From NCBI GenBank assembly GCA_026418625.1, contig JAOABA010000055.1, positions 73,770-137,769 of the forward strand: a stretch of 64,000 nucleotides of DNA, given 5' to 3'. This stretch comes from Candidatus Kapaibacterium sp. Its GTDB lineage: Bacteria > Bacteroidota > Ignavibacteria > Kapaibacteriales > UBA2268. Of this stretch, positions 48,069 through 58,465 are shown piece by piece. Both the position numbers and the translations under genes were made by a program. Position 1 is the first letter of the stretch. Each line of letters begins with the position of its first letter. The notes under the pieces were generated by a model. It was not told the origin of the DNA. It saw nothing but the letters and a program-made list of their open reading frames with translations, and did no database searches.

Positions 48069-50087
48069 TTACAATCTCAATGATAAACCAGCATAAAATG
48101 TTCGCCCGGGTGCAGGTAATCCCAACTGTGACAATCTATATTCATCTGTAATATTATTTAATCTTACAAAAATTTCAGAATAAACAAAATCTGATATATT
48201 AAAAGAGTAAGATAATCTAAAATTTAAAATAAAAGAAGGATCAATACTTACATATTTAGTGTTATCAACAGGATCAGTATCGAATTGTTTGCCTGTGTAT
48301 TCAATTTCCAATTTCGGTTTTAAACCAAACGAAAATAAATAATTGAGATTAAAACCAGCAAGAATATCTGGTTTTTGAACTAATTGTTCAATTTTTTTTC
48401 CATTCTGTTCAGCACTATAAGACATATATGTGAAATAACCTTCCAGTAGCATTCTCATAAAAGGTCTAAAACTTAAGTTTAAGTCAACACCGCTAATGGT
48501 TGCATCGGAATAATTTACTCTCATCCTTCTTCTAAGGGAGTCTTGTTCTTTGGATAACCTTATTCTCTCAATAAGACCTTCGTAAATATTATAAAATGCA
48601 GTAGCTTTGAAGTCAATTTTATCTCTTGTATAAACAAAACCGACTTCATTTAATAAACCAGTTTCTGCTTTTAAATCTGGATTTGTTTTAAAAGCATTCA
48701 AGGCACCATCATATTGCTCCCTCATAGAAGGAAATCTTGTTCTTCTACCAGTTCCAGCGAAAACAGCTATGTTATCAGTAATAATATATCTAAGAGATAG
48801 AAAACCCGCAAAGTCATTTTGTGAGGTTCCTTCAGCTTCCTTAAATAATCCAGTCTTTGGAGTTGAATTATAATCTAAACCAGCACCAGCTTTAATTTCA
48901 AATCTATTGAATGAACCGAAATATTCTAATCCTGTGCTGATTGTATTTTGAGAATACTCAGTTTCGGGATCTTTGTTGACAGTCTGCTTGTGATTAGTTG
49001 TAAACCCATTAAATATCAAAGATAACGAATGATTTTCTGCTAAGTTATAATTTATAGAAAGTCTCGTTCCAATAGTTATGTCATCATCTTTTTGAGTTTC
49101 TTTAATGGTTTTATAGTCAATTCCGGTATAACCATTTATCTCTTGACTAAAAATATCATACCAGAAAGTAGCTTTAACTGATAAATCATTAGAAAAGTTA
49201 TGAATACCGTTAAATGTCAATGCCAGACGACTTCTGTCTGGATAAATCCAAAATCTCGCATCTTTTCCTGCAAACGTTTCTGGCGGAGTTCCCTTACTCT
49301 GATTTGTATAAGACAGGGATAATCCTGTAATAGTATTTTGACTAAAATGATACTCACCACGAACATAAGCATTGATTCTCTTTTGTTGGCTATTTGTCCT
49401 TAATGCAGAATTTAAATTCTGATTACCAAGACTATCAGGTGCGTTTTTTGACATCAAAAAACCGTCAGTTTTCATATATGATATATTAGCAATATAGTTT
49501 AAATCGCCAATTTTTCCATCGTGTAAAAGAGAAATATTCTGGGTATTTCCATCCCCCCCCTGCAGTTTAAGACTTAAACCAAATCCCGGATCTATTCGCT
49601 CTATTGTTGAAATACTAACTGCTCCTCCTAAAACATTTGGACCATAAAACATAGAACTTGATGATAAGTTCAATCTGATATTTCCAATTATATCAACCGG
49701 TACAAATGTAAGGTCAAGTCTGTTATCCCAAGGAATATTCATTGCCATTCCATCGAAAAATAGACCTAATTGTCTTTCGCCTGTTCCACGCAGAAATAGC
49801 ATTGACTCGCCACGTGAATTAGTTCTTATTACACCACTTGGCAGATACATCTGTAGTTCCGAAGCCGATAATACATCAGAGGATTGAATTATGTAATAAG
49901 GGACATCCACAACAGATGCTTTATTAATTTGAGAAATCTGAGATTTTGTCTCGTATATTTCAATTTCACCCAGTCTGTAAGATTTAAGCGAATCTTTTCT
50001 TTCAGGCTGTGAATAAGCAGAAATAACATTGATAAGCAAAACTATAATTAATATTTTTTTCATTTTTCTTCTATATTTTTTTAACAT
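48069..50087 (-). CDS. TonB-dependent outer membrane receptor
   Basis: It has a signal peptide and a plug-like N-terminal region. The 672-aa protein has beta-barrel-type alternating repeats. 'NPDLKAETG' is present. Confidence 0.7.
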   Translation of the reverse strand: MLKKYRRKMKKILIIVLLINVISAYSQPERKDSLKSYRLGEIEIYETKSQISQINKASVVDVPYYIIQSSDVLSASELQMYLPSGVIRTNSRGESMLFLRGTGERQLGLFFDGMAMNIPWDNRLDLTFVPVDIIGNIRLNLSSSSMFYGPNVLGGAVSISTIERIDPGFGLSLKLQGGDGNTQNISLLHDGKIGDLNYIANISYMKTDGFLMSKNAPDSLGNQNLNSALRTNSQQKRINAYVRGEYHFSQNTITGLSLSYTNQSKGTPPETFAGKDARFWIYPDRSRLALTFNGIHNFSNDLSVKATFWYDIFSQEINGYTGIDYKTIKETQKDDDITIGTRLSINYNLAENHSLSLIFNGFTTNHKQTVNKDPETEYSQNTISTGLEYFGSFNRFEIKAGAGLDYNSTPKTGLFKEAEGTSQNDFAGFLSLRYIITDNIAVFAGTGRRTRFPSMREQYDGALNAFKTNPDLKAETGLLNEVGFVYTRDKIDFKATAFYNIYEGLIERIRLSKEQDSLRRRMRVNYSDATISGVDLNLSFRPFMRMLLEGYFTYMSYSAEQNGKKIEQLVQKPDILAGFNLNYLFSFGLKPKLEIEYTGKQFDTDPVDNTKYVSIDPSFILNFRLSYSFNISDFVYSEIFVRLNNITDEYRLSQLGLPAPGRTFYAGLSLRL

Positions 50088-50279
50088 ACTTCTTATAATT
50101 AATAATCCTAAGTAAATATTAATACTTTTTATTACCCAAACTATTCCTTAGAAAGTAATCATCTCAATGTAATGCTAAATTCTTCATTGCATTCATTAGT
50201 TTATGATAAACTATCCTCGTTTCTCTAACATTGAGTAATTAAAGAATAAGATTTTTTAATTCATCCAGTTCTGATAATT

Positions 50280-50804
50280 TTATATTATTTTAGGAGGAGG
50301 CGACACAGGTTCGCAGATAAATGAAGAGTAAAAAACTACATAATCATCACAAAAATTGATTTTATTATCATTTTTGTCAATAGAATAATAGTATATCAGA
50401 TATTCTAAAGTTTTTGGAGAGAGTATTTTCGCAGGATTTGATTTTGAAGGATTTTCTGATTTCTTTTCCCAATCACTTGAAAATTTATCCATTAAGTCTT
50501 TTTCTTTGGTGTCATTGATACAATAGTAATAAATTGAGTCTCCTTCTGTTTTTGAACGCTTTATATCATAAAGTTGATTGTTATAAATGAATTCATCGTA
50601 TTTTACAAATCTAATGAGCCCGTTCTTAATGTCAGACTTGGCAAATTTTAAAATTTCAATTCTTTTTTCGCTTTTGTCAGACTTTAGATGTTTTCTAATT
50701 TCTTTTCTAACAGAGTTCTGATAAATTGAAAAAATCATAATATTGCCAATGGAATTAAATAAAATTCCCCAACTCAGAATTATGGCAATTATAGATTTAA
50801 TCAT
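50280..50804 (-). CDS. hypothetical membrane-anchored protein
   Basis: It has an N-terminal TM ('IIAIILSWGILFNSIGNIMIF'). No domain is recognised. Confidence 0.35.
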   Translation of the reverse strand: MIKSIIAIILSWGILFNSIGNIMIFSIYQNSVRKEIRKHLKSDKSEKRIEILKFAKSDIKNGLIRFVKYDEFIYNNQLYDIKRSKTEGDSIYYYCINDTKEKDLMDKFSSDWEKKSENPSKSNPAKILSPKTLEYLIYYYSIDKNDNKINFCDDYVVFYSSFICEPVSPPPKII

Positions 50805-50910
50805 TTTAATTTAACAATAAAAGTAAATTCAACTAAACAACTTTGATATTAGTTTAGCTTCTATGTCAATTGTTAAATTAATGAAAATATTTACTTATTG
50901 TTCAAAATGC

Positions 50911-51165
50911 TTAGATTTTATTATGAGTGCCATCGCAAAAAGGTGGTGTAGAAGTCCTTTTACAGCCACATAACCAATAGGTATCTTTCTCTTTCACTTC
51001 AAATTTTAGAGATCTAAAAATTCCTTTTTCTCGATGTGAAGCATCACAAAATGGTTGTGTCTTTGACTCACCACAAGTGCACCAGGATTTTATTCCCGGC
51101 TCAAGCACAACTTCATAAGGTCCTTTTTGAGCAATTGTAGGTTCGTTCATTTTATTGTCCTCCAT
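50911..51165 (-). CDS. CDGSH iron-sulfur domain protein (two CDGSH motifs)
   Basis: It has 'CTCGESKTQPFCDASH' and 'CGCKRTSTPPFCDGTH'. Confidence 0.7.
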   Translation of the reverse strand: MEDNKMNEPTIAQKGPYEVVLEPGIKSWCTCGESKTQPFCDASHREKGIFRSLKFEVKEKDTYWLCGCKRTSTPPFCDGTHNKI

Positions 51166-51179
51166 ATAAGTAAAATTAA

Positions 51180-52823
51180 TTACATTCTCTCGGGAGCATT
51201 TATTCCAAGAATTGATAATCCATTTTTGAGTGTTATTTTTGTTGCTAAAGCGAGATTCAATCTGGCAGTCTGAAGTTCTTCTTCAACTCCAAGAATTCTA
51301 CACTCGTGATAAAAAATGTGAAATGCATTGGCTAATTCTCGAAGATAATCAGCAAGAATTTGAGGCTCGCATTTATCGCAAGCTGTTGTAACTGTCTCTT
51401 TAAATTTTAAAATCTTTTTAATTAAATCAATTTCATAGTTATTTTCCAAAATGCTTAGATTAGGCTTCCTATCTAAATTTATACCTCTTTCTTTTGCTAA
51501 ATCAAGAACCGAGCAAATTCTTGCGTGAGCATATTGAAGATAGAAAACAGGGTTTTTTTCGCTTTGTTCTCTTGCTAAACCTAAATCGAATTCAAGATGT
51601 GTTGAAATTCCTCGCATTATCAGGAAGAATCTAACTACATCTTCTCCAACCTCATCAAGTAAATCATCAAGGGTATAACTTTTGCCTGTTCTTTTGGACA
51701 TTTTGACCTGCTCACCGTTTTCAGTCAAGGTAACAAATTGGTGAATCAGAACACGAACTTTCGATGAATCGAAACCTAAATATTTGATAGCAGCGAGGAC
51801 ATCAGGAATTGTAGCAATATGATCCGCACCGAAAATATCAATCAATAAATCAAAGCCACGCTCAAATTTATCTCTGTGATAGGCTATATCAGGCAATCTA
51901 TAAGTTGGCTCACCACTGGATTTAACAATAACCCTATCATCTTTCAAACCCATTTTTGATAAAGCCAACCATAAGGCTCCATCTTTCTCATATACTAAGT
52001 CTAATCTTTTTAAATCAGCAATCAGTTTGTCAATTTTACCATCGTGATAAAGAGAATCTTCATTGAAAAAGACATCCTGCTTAATATTTAGCCTTTTTAA
52101 TGTGGCTTTAATTTTATCAAAGCACCAATTTTCACCAAATTTTCTGATAAAATTCAAGTCATCATCAGTTCCATTCTGATATTGAGAGCCATATTTTTCA
52201 ATAATTTCAGCGGCAATTGTCTTAATATATTCACCGTGATAACCATCTTCGGGAAAGGGGAAATCAGTTTCACCTAATTGTTGTCTGTATCTTGCATAAA
52301 TTGATAATGCAAGATTTTTCATCTGGTTGCCGGCATTATTGAAATAGTATTCACGGGTAACATCCCACCCGTTCCATTTGTAAAGATTGGCTATAGTATC
52401 GCCTATACAAGCGTTTCGTCCATGACCAAGATGAAGTAATCCAGTAGGATTGACGCTAACATATTCAACATTGACTCGTTTTCCTTCTCCTGAATTATTC
52501 TTCCCATAATTTTCTTTTTCTTCAATTACACTACTAAGAAGTAATGGGTATATTTTTTTTGAAAATTTAAAATTAATAAAGCCCTGACCAGCAATACTGA
52601 CTTCTTCAATAATATTATTATCAAATTCAAAAGATTTAATCAATTCTTCCGCAATAGTTCTTGGGGCTTTTTTTAGTGTTTTAGCCAAGGTCATTGCGAT
52701 ATTGCTTGATAAATCGCCAAATTCAGGATTTTTTGGCTCTTCGATGATATAATCTGAAAAACTAATACCAGCTTTGTTTAATGCAGATTCAATAATTTTC
52801 TTTGTATAATCCTTTAATTCCAT
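51180..52823 (-). CDS. argS: arginine--tRNA ligase
   Basis: It has the HIGH-type 'PTGLLHLGHGRN' and a class I Rossmann fold. It is 547 aa with a C-terminal anticodon-binding domain. Confidence 0.9.
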   Translation of the reverse strand: MELKDYTKKIIESALNKAGISFSDYIIEEPKNPEFGDLSSNIAMTLAKTLKKAPRTIAEELIKSFEFDNNIIEEVSIAGQGFINFKFSKKIYPLLLSSVIEEKENYGKNNSGEGKRVNVEYVSVNPTGLLHLGHGRNACIGDTIANLYKWNGWDVTREYYFNNAGNQMKNLALSIYARYRQQLGETDFPFPEDGYHGEYIKTIAAEIIEKYGSQYQNGTDDDLNFIRKFGENWCFDKIKATLKRLNIKQDVFFNEDSLYHDGKIDKLIADLKRLDLVYEKDGALWLALSKMGLKDDRVIVKSSGEPTYRLPDIAYHRDKFERGFDLLIDIFGADHIATIPDVLAAIKYLGFDSSKVRVLIHQFVTLTENGEQVKMSKRTGKSYTLDDLLDEVGEDVVRFFLIMRGISTHLEFDLGLAREQSEKNPVFYLQYAHARICSVLDLAKERGINLDRKPNLSILENNYEIDLIKKILKFKETVTTACDKCEPQILADYLRELANAFHIFYHECRILGVEEELQTARLNLALATKITLKNGLSILGINAPERM

Positions 52824-53227
52824 TTTAAATCCAAATTTTTCACTACTCTCGCCTTACCCTCTTCAGTCAATTCCAAAAATTGAGCATCTCCCCATAATCT
52901 TTCTAAATTATAGAATTGCCTTACATTTGGAAGCATTAAGTGCATTACTACATCAAAAAAATCAATCAGAACCCATTGGCAGACCTCATAACCTTCGATT
53001 CTTGGTTTTTGCAATCCAAGTTCTTTACATTTCATTATAAGACTATCAACGATTGCTCGGATTTGAGCTTCACTATCACAAGTTGAAATGATAAAATAGT
53101 CAGCTGGAGGGTTTTCGATTTTTTTTAAGTTCATTATTACTATGTCTTTAGAAATTTTTTCATCGGCTGTTTTGGCACAAAGCACTGCCAAGCCCCTTGA
53201 TGTTTTTGGTACTTTTAATTTGAGCAA
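52814..53227 (-). CDS. rsfS: ribosome silencing factor RsfS (iojap-like)
   Basis: It is 137 aa and has 'DYFIISTCDSEAQIRAIVDSL'. It is coupled to argS. Confidence 0.75.
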   Translation of the reverse strand: MLKLKVPKTSRGLAVLCAKTADEKISKDIVIMNLKKIENPPADYFIISTCDSEAQIRAIVDSLIMKCKELGLQKPRIEGYEVCQWVLIDFFDVVMHLMLPNVRQFYNLERLWGDAQFLELTEEGKARVVKNLDLKWN

Positions 53228-53425
53228 TATTTCTCCTTTATAAATAAAACAAAACTTACTACAAAAATGACTAATTTTTATTGTGATTATTTTTTATTTC
53301 TAAATAAGAATTTATTAAAAATTTATGATAAGTTTTTTTAATTAATCTACAAAAGTATTAATTTGTAGAACAACAAAAAATTATATTAAATTTATACTAA
53401 ATTTTAAAACAATGATGAGCTAAAT

Positions 53426-53872
53426 ATGTTAAAAAAAAGACTCTTCTTTGTGATTTATTCAATTATTATCATCCTTATGACATCCTGCTCAAGCACACAA
53501 AATAATGAAAAATTATCTTTTTCTGAATTTAGCATTGGTGAAGGTGGAGGCGCCACCGGAATGATAAGTGGTTTTACAATTGAGTCCTCTGGTAAGCTAT
53601 TCCAATGGAGAGGACGGTTGAAGAAAGATACTTTGAAAGAACTTAAAAAATTAGATTCTGATACACTTAAGTTTATCGAGGATATTATTACAAAATCTAA
53701 CTTAATTGATTTGAAATATGAAAAACCTGAAAATTTTTATCGTTTCATTAACATTAAAATGAATGAAAAAGAAAATTATCTTGTATGGGCTCCGTATTTT
53801 CAATCAGATACCACTACTAATCTTAATGAAATCTATGAAAAAATAATTTCAATAATAAATAATTCTAAATAA
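53426..53872 (+). CDS. hypothetical lipoprotein
   Basis: It has a signal peptide plus 'LMTSCSS' lipobox. It is 148 aa. Confidence 0.4.
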   Translation: MLKKRLFFVIYSIIIILMTSCSSTQNNEKLSFSEFSIGEGGGATGMISGFTIESSGKLFQWRGRLKKDTLKELKKLDSDTLKFIEDIITKSNLIDLKYEKPENFYRFINIKMNEKENYLVWAPYFQSDTTTNLNEIYEKIISIINNSK

Positions 53873-53887
53873 TAAGGGGGACTTCCT

Positions 53888-56173
53888 ATGAAAAGAATAA
53901 TTCTCTTTACAGCTTTGGCAATGTTCTTACAAATTTGGCTCACTCCCGAGCTTTCATCACAAGCGTTTAACTATCTAAAAAAGAGTAAATGTCAATTGGT
54001 GATTGACGCAAGTAAAAAGCCAACCTCGGAGCAATTAAGCAAAGTAGCCCAAAAGCTCTCTAATATTTACTATCAATATTATCATAATAATCAAAATATT
54101 GTAAGTTCAAGCACCGTACCACTGTATTTCAAATCCAAAGATTTAAAGCAGGAAGATTTATTTCAAAGGAACAACACTCTTCAATTTAGTCAAATTACTT
54201 ATTCAAATGAGACTGGTCTGCCAGTTTTTATTTCTGTCAATAAACCCTCTATCCAAAAAAGTGAGATGAAATTTCTTACTACTCAAACAATATTCAGCTA
54301 TTTGAATGAGAATCGAAACCTTTTTAAAATTGAAGACCCAATAAGGGAATTTCTAATAGTTAACACTTTCGTTGATAATGAAAATAATAAACATATAAAG
54401 CTTCAACAGGTTTATCAAAAAATACCTATTTGGGGAAAAGAATTAATTCTGCACTTTGATAATGATAACGAATTATATCTAATAAATGGAAAAAATGTTC
54501 CTTCATTTCAAAATTTTGATGCTAATGCCAATTTAATATCCAAAGAACAAGCCATTACAAGCTCAATTAATGACTTGAGCAGATTTACTTCAATCAGAGA
54601 ATTTTCAGATAAAGAAAAGGTCCTGCTAAATTATAATGGTCCTACCGTTGAAAAATACATTTGGTTCGAAAATACAAATGAGAAGCCTAGACTCGTTTGG
54701 GTTATTGAAATTCGCAATAATTTTCGAGACAAATGGAGATATTTTATCGATGCTCAGACTGGTGAAATTATTGAAAAATACAATACATCACCGACTGACG
54801 GACCTGTTAAGGCAACTGCAAGAGACGCACTTGGAAACAATAGGACTATTGATGTTTACCTTGAAAAAGGTAATTATTTGATGGGAAATGCAACAAAGCC
54901 AATGTTTAATAATAATCCTTCTGACCCCAAAGGAATTATATTAACAAAGACAAACAATAATCAGGATTTGACAAGAAATGCAAAACCTGTTATAGTTTCT
55001 TCGAGCAATAATCAATGGAACGATGCTTTTTCAGTTTCTGCTCATTTTAATGCTTCCCTAATTTTTGATTATTACAAGAATACTCACGGAAGAAACTCAA
55101 TTGATGACAAAGGAATGAATATGCTAACCATCATACACGTTACCGACAACAATCAAAGTTTTGATAATGCTTATTGGAACGGTCAATTCGTTGTGCTTGG
55201 TGATGGTGGACAGGTTACGAATGGCTGGCCCCCCGCACTTGATTTTCATGCTCATGAGTTTACTCACGGTGTGGTTACTTTTACTGTTGACCTTGAATAT
55301 AAATTCCAATCAGGTGCATTGAACGAAGCCTTTGCAGATTGGGGTGGCTGTATGGTTGACCGTGAGGATTGGCTTTTGGGTGAAGATATAGTTAAAAAAC
55401 AGTATTTTCCTACTGGTTGTATGCGAAGTATGTCCGACCCTCATAATGGCGGAACAAAGGGTGATCATATCTGGCTTCCTGCTCATATGAATGAATTTCT
55501 TGATTTGCCACTCGATCAGGATAATGGCGGTGTCCACTATAACTGCGGCATAATTAATAAAGCTACATATCTTATTGGTAATTCTATTGGAAAAGACAAA
55601 CTTGAAAAAATTTATTATAGAGTTCTCAATAACAGATATATTACCAAACAGGCAAACTTTTTTGATATGAGACTTGCTTGCATTAAAGCCGCTGAAGAGC
55701 TTTTCGGAAAAAATACAAATGAAGTTAATGTAGTAATGAATTCTTTTAGTCAGGTTGGTATTGGTGAGGGTAGCGGTTCAAATCCCGGTCCGGACCTACC
55801 TCCTGTTGATGGGACTGATTGGATTGCATTAGTTTCAGCTCAGGACTTTGGTCTTTACATTGCAAAGCCAGTTATTCAAAATGTTAATACTGACATAAAA
55901 AAACTAACTTCTACAAGGGTATTCACTGATAACAACGGCACTCTCACGGTTCCCGAAAACGGTAGTGCAATATTATTTATTGACGGGAACAACAATTTGA
56001 AGCTCATTAAAACAGACGGAACTGGAGAAATGATCGTTGATGAAAATCCAGTTTGGCGTTCAATATCAATTTCTCCTAATGGTCAATTTTTGGCTGCTAC
56101 TTCAGTCAGTGAAGAGCCAATAATTTATCTGTTCGATCTGGTTAATTCTCAATTTAAGGAGGTTGAACTTTAA
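53888..56173 (+). CDS. M4 (thermolysin-like) zinc metalloprotease, N-terminal 761 aa, terminated by in-frame TAA
   Basis: It has a signal peptide, 'HEFTHGV' (HExxH), 'NEAFADWGG', and a downstream beta-propeller-like region. Confidence 0.75.
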   Translation: MKRIILFTALAMFLQIWLTPELSSQAFNYLKKSKCQLVIDASKKPTSEQLSKVAQKLSNIYYQYYHNNQNIVSSSTVPLYFKSKDLKQEDLFQRNNTLQFSQITYSNETGLPVFISVNKPSIQKSEMKFLTTQTIFSYLNENRNLFKIEDPIREFLIVNTFVDNENNKHIKLQQVYQKIPIWGKELILHFDNDNELYLINGKNVPSFQNFDANANLISKEQAITSSINDLSRFTSIREFSDKEKVLLNYNGPTVEKYIWFENTNEKPRLVWVIEIRNNFRDKWRYFIDAQTGEIIEKYNTSPTDGPVKATARDALGNNRTIDVYLEKGNYLMGNATKPMFNNNPSDPKGIILTKTNNNQDLTRNAKPVIVSSSNNQWNDAFSVSAHFNASLIFDYYKNTHGRNSIDDKGMNMLTIIHVTDNNQSFDNAYWNGQFVVLGDGGQVTNGWPPALDFHAHEFTHGVVTFTVDLEYKFQSGALNEAFADWGGCMVDREDWLLGEDIVKKQYFPTGCMRSMSDPHNGGTKGDHIWLPAHMNEFLDLPLDQDNGGVHYNCGIINKATYLIGNSIGKDKLEKIYYRVLNNRYITKQANFFDMRLACIKAAEELFGKNTNEVNVVMNSFSQVGIGEGSGSNPGPDLPPVDGTDWIALVSAQDFGLYIAKPVIQNVNTDIKKLTSTRVFTDNNGTLTVPENGSAILFIDGNNNLKLIKTDGTGEMIVDENPVWRSISISPNGQFLAATSVSEEPIIYLFDLVNSQFKEVEL

Positions 56174-56227
56174 ATACCTACAACAGGTGATAATTTCAGT
56201 TATAATGAACCTCTCTTTGCGAATACT

Positions 56228-56986
56228 ATGTCTTGGGATGTTTCGAACAGAATACTCGTTTATGATGCTCTGAATTATAAATATGATTGGGCAAATAATG
56301 AAGAAGTTTATGTTGATATGAACGCACTTGACGCCTCAACTGGTGTGATTTACCGAATTTTACCGACTTTAGGTTCAGGAATAAGTGCAGGTTCACCAGA
56401 TTTTGGAAAAACCAGCAAGAATACTTTGGTTTTTCTTGTGTATGATGCTAACTCAAATTACTACTACATCAACGGGCTTGATTTATATTCCGGCACAATT
56501 AAGAACATAGTCTATGCTAATGGTGCTCAGATTGGAATCAGTAGCCCTGTATATTCCCCAAAGGATAACAAACTTGCTTTTCAGGTGGCAACACCTCAAC
56601 CTGCTTATGGTATTATGCAGATAGCTTTGGCGGCTGACAAAATTTCACCAGCAGGAAATCCAACAGATTATCTGACAAATGTAGGTTTACCCAAATGGTT
56701 TGCCATTGGAAAAAGACCAGTCAACGTTGAGGAAGAAAGCATCAATGATGTTATAACTATTAAACCAAACCCAGCTACTGATTTCATTGAAATCTCATTA
56801 CCTGAGTCTTTCCTTCGAAATCAGGATATCAATTTCAAAATCTACAACTCAAAAGGAGAATGTGTTGTTTCTTCTGAGAGAAATAGTTTAGAAACATTGC
56901 AAAGAATAGGAATCTCTCATTTACCCAATGGAATGTATTATCTAAAAGTTGGTAATTTTTCAGAAAAATTTGTGATAATAAGATAA
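56228..56986 (+). CDS. C-terminal continuation of the protease gene: beta-propeller-like repeats plus T9SS C-terminal sorting domain (same frame as 53888-56173)
   Basis: It shares frame 2 with the upstream ORF, and only one TAA (56171-56173) separates them. The C-terminus 'ITIKPNPATDFIEISL...MYYLKVGNFSEKFVIIR' is a Por-type sorting domain. Confidence 0.6.
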   Translation: MSWDVSNRILVYDALNYKYDWANNEEVYVDMNALDASTGVIYRILPTLGSGISAGSPDFGKTSKNTLVFLVYDANSNYYYINGLDLYSGTIKNIVYANGAQIGISSPVYSPKDNKLAFQVATPQPAYGIMQIALAADKISPAGNPTDYLTNVGLPKWFAIGKRPVNVEEESINDVITIKPNPATDFIEISLPESFLRNQDINFKIYNSKGECVVSSERNSLETLQRIGISHLPNGMYYLKVGNFSEKFVIIR

Positions 56987-57059
56987 AAATTTAAAAGTTT
57001 TTAAAAATACTTTTTGGTTATATAAGTTTATTTCATAGTTTTTTTATTAAAAATTAACT

Positions 57060-58019
57060 ATGTTGACTTATATTCTTTTTGTTGTAGGATTTGTTATCCT
57101 TCTTAAAGGGGCTGAACTATTAGTTGACGGTTCAACTTCAATTGCAAAGAAGCTTAAAGTCTCGAACATTGTCATTGGGTTGACTATTGTTTCCTTTGGA
57201 ACTTCATTGCCGGAATTGATTATTAATATTTTTGCAAGTTTACAAGGAAACAGTGACATAGCAATCGGTAATGTTTTGGGGAGTAATATTGCAAATATAT
57301 TACTGATTTTAGGTGTATCTTCGATTATTTATCCCATAACGGCAAAAAAAAATACTGTTATTAAAGAAATTCCTTTCAGTCTTTTAGCAGTAGTGGTTGT
57401 AGGTCTAATGGGTAATGATTTTCATATTGATGGACATCATTTTTCATCTATTACTCGTATTGATGGCTTTGTCCTTATTGGTTTCTTCATTATCTTTATG
57501 TATTATGTTTTCGGAATAACAAAATCATCGGAAGATATTATTGAAAAAGATGAAAAAAAAATACAAAGCATACCAAAATCATTGTTATTTATTTTTCTTG
57601 GTGTTTTGGGTTTGATGTTTGGCGGAAAATGGATTGTTGATGGAGCTGTTGAAATTGCTGAAGCTTTTAAAATAAGCCAATCTTTCATAGGATTAACAAT
57701 AATTGCTGTTGGAACATCTCTTCCTGAGCTTGCTACCTCTGCTATGGCAGCATTTAAAAAGCAATCTGACATTGCCATTGGTAATGCTATAGGTTCTAAT
57801 ATCTTCAATATTTTTTGGATATTGGGTATGAGTGCTATTATTAATCCTTTGCCCTTTAATTCAAATTTAAATTTCGATGTTGCTATGACAATTTTTGCAA
57901 GTTTATTATTATTCTTAATTATGTATGTAGGGAGAAAAAGAGTTATTGATCGTTGGGAAGGTGTATTAATGGTAATTATTTACATAGCATATATTGTGTA
58001 TTTGGTTATGACAAAATAA
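57060..58019 (+). CDS. CaCA-family cation/Ca2+ antiporter (YrbG-like)
   Basis: It has the two alpha-repeat signatures 'GNVLGSNIANILLILG' and 'GNAIGSNIFNIFWILG'. It has about 10 TM segments. Confidence 0.8.
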   Translation: MLTYILFVVGFVILLKGAELLVDGSTSIAKKLKVSNIVIGLTIVSFGTSLPELIINIFASLQGNSDIAIGNVLGSNIANILLILGVSSIIYPITAKKNTVIKEIPFSLLAVVVVGLMGNDFHIDGHHFSSITRIDGFVLIGFFIIFMYYVFGITKSSEDIIEKDEKKIQSIPKSLLFIFLGVLGLMFGGKWIVDGAVEIAEAFKISQSFIGLTIIAVGTSLPELATSAMAAFKKQSDIAIGNAIGSNIFNIFWILGMSAIINPLPFNSNLNFDVAMTIFASLLLFLIMYVGRKRVIDRWEGVLMVIIYIAYIVYLVMTK

Positions 58020-58465
58020 ATTTATTTAATTAACTTACTTTGCTTGATAAAACTAAAATTTAGTATCCTAACCCTAAACAACAAATTTGAGGTTTTGAGA
58101 TTTCTAAGACCAGCTTTGAATAAAATACTATTCGAGATTAGTATTTGTAGAAATAAAAAATTAGCAAAATTGTGCTTCGATCCCGAAAAATTATGCACAA
58201 TCAATTAAATCCCAATTTTTCAATTAAAATGGAATAATAGATAAAATATGTTATTTGGCTGTCATTCCTATTAACTGAGTTTGCAAGAAACCATTTAAAT
58301 TTGAAACGTATGCTTCATCTTCGGTTCAGAATAAGATTTATTCTTATTATAATTTAAATAATGATATTAAAGGAATGAATTAATCTTTCAGTATATATTT
58401 TGAAAGATATATAAATAATGATAATTTTGTAGTTTTTATTAAACGGATTCGAGGAAAATTAAAAA

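Noticed and set aside
58170-58200. tRNA-like T-arm 'TTCGATCC' in the ileS upstream region
   Set aside because: It is part of a simple 7-bp inverted repeat (ATTGTGC…GCACAAT) with no acceptor or anticodon arms. It is not a tRNA.
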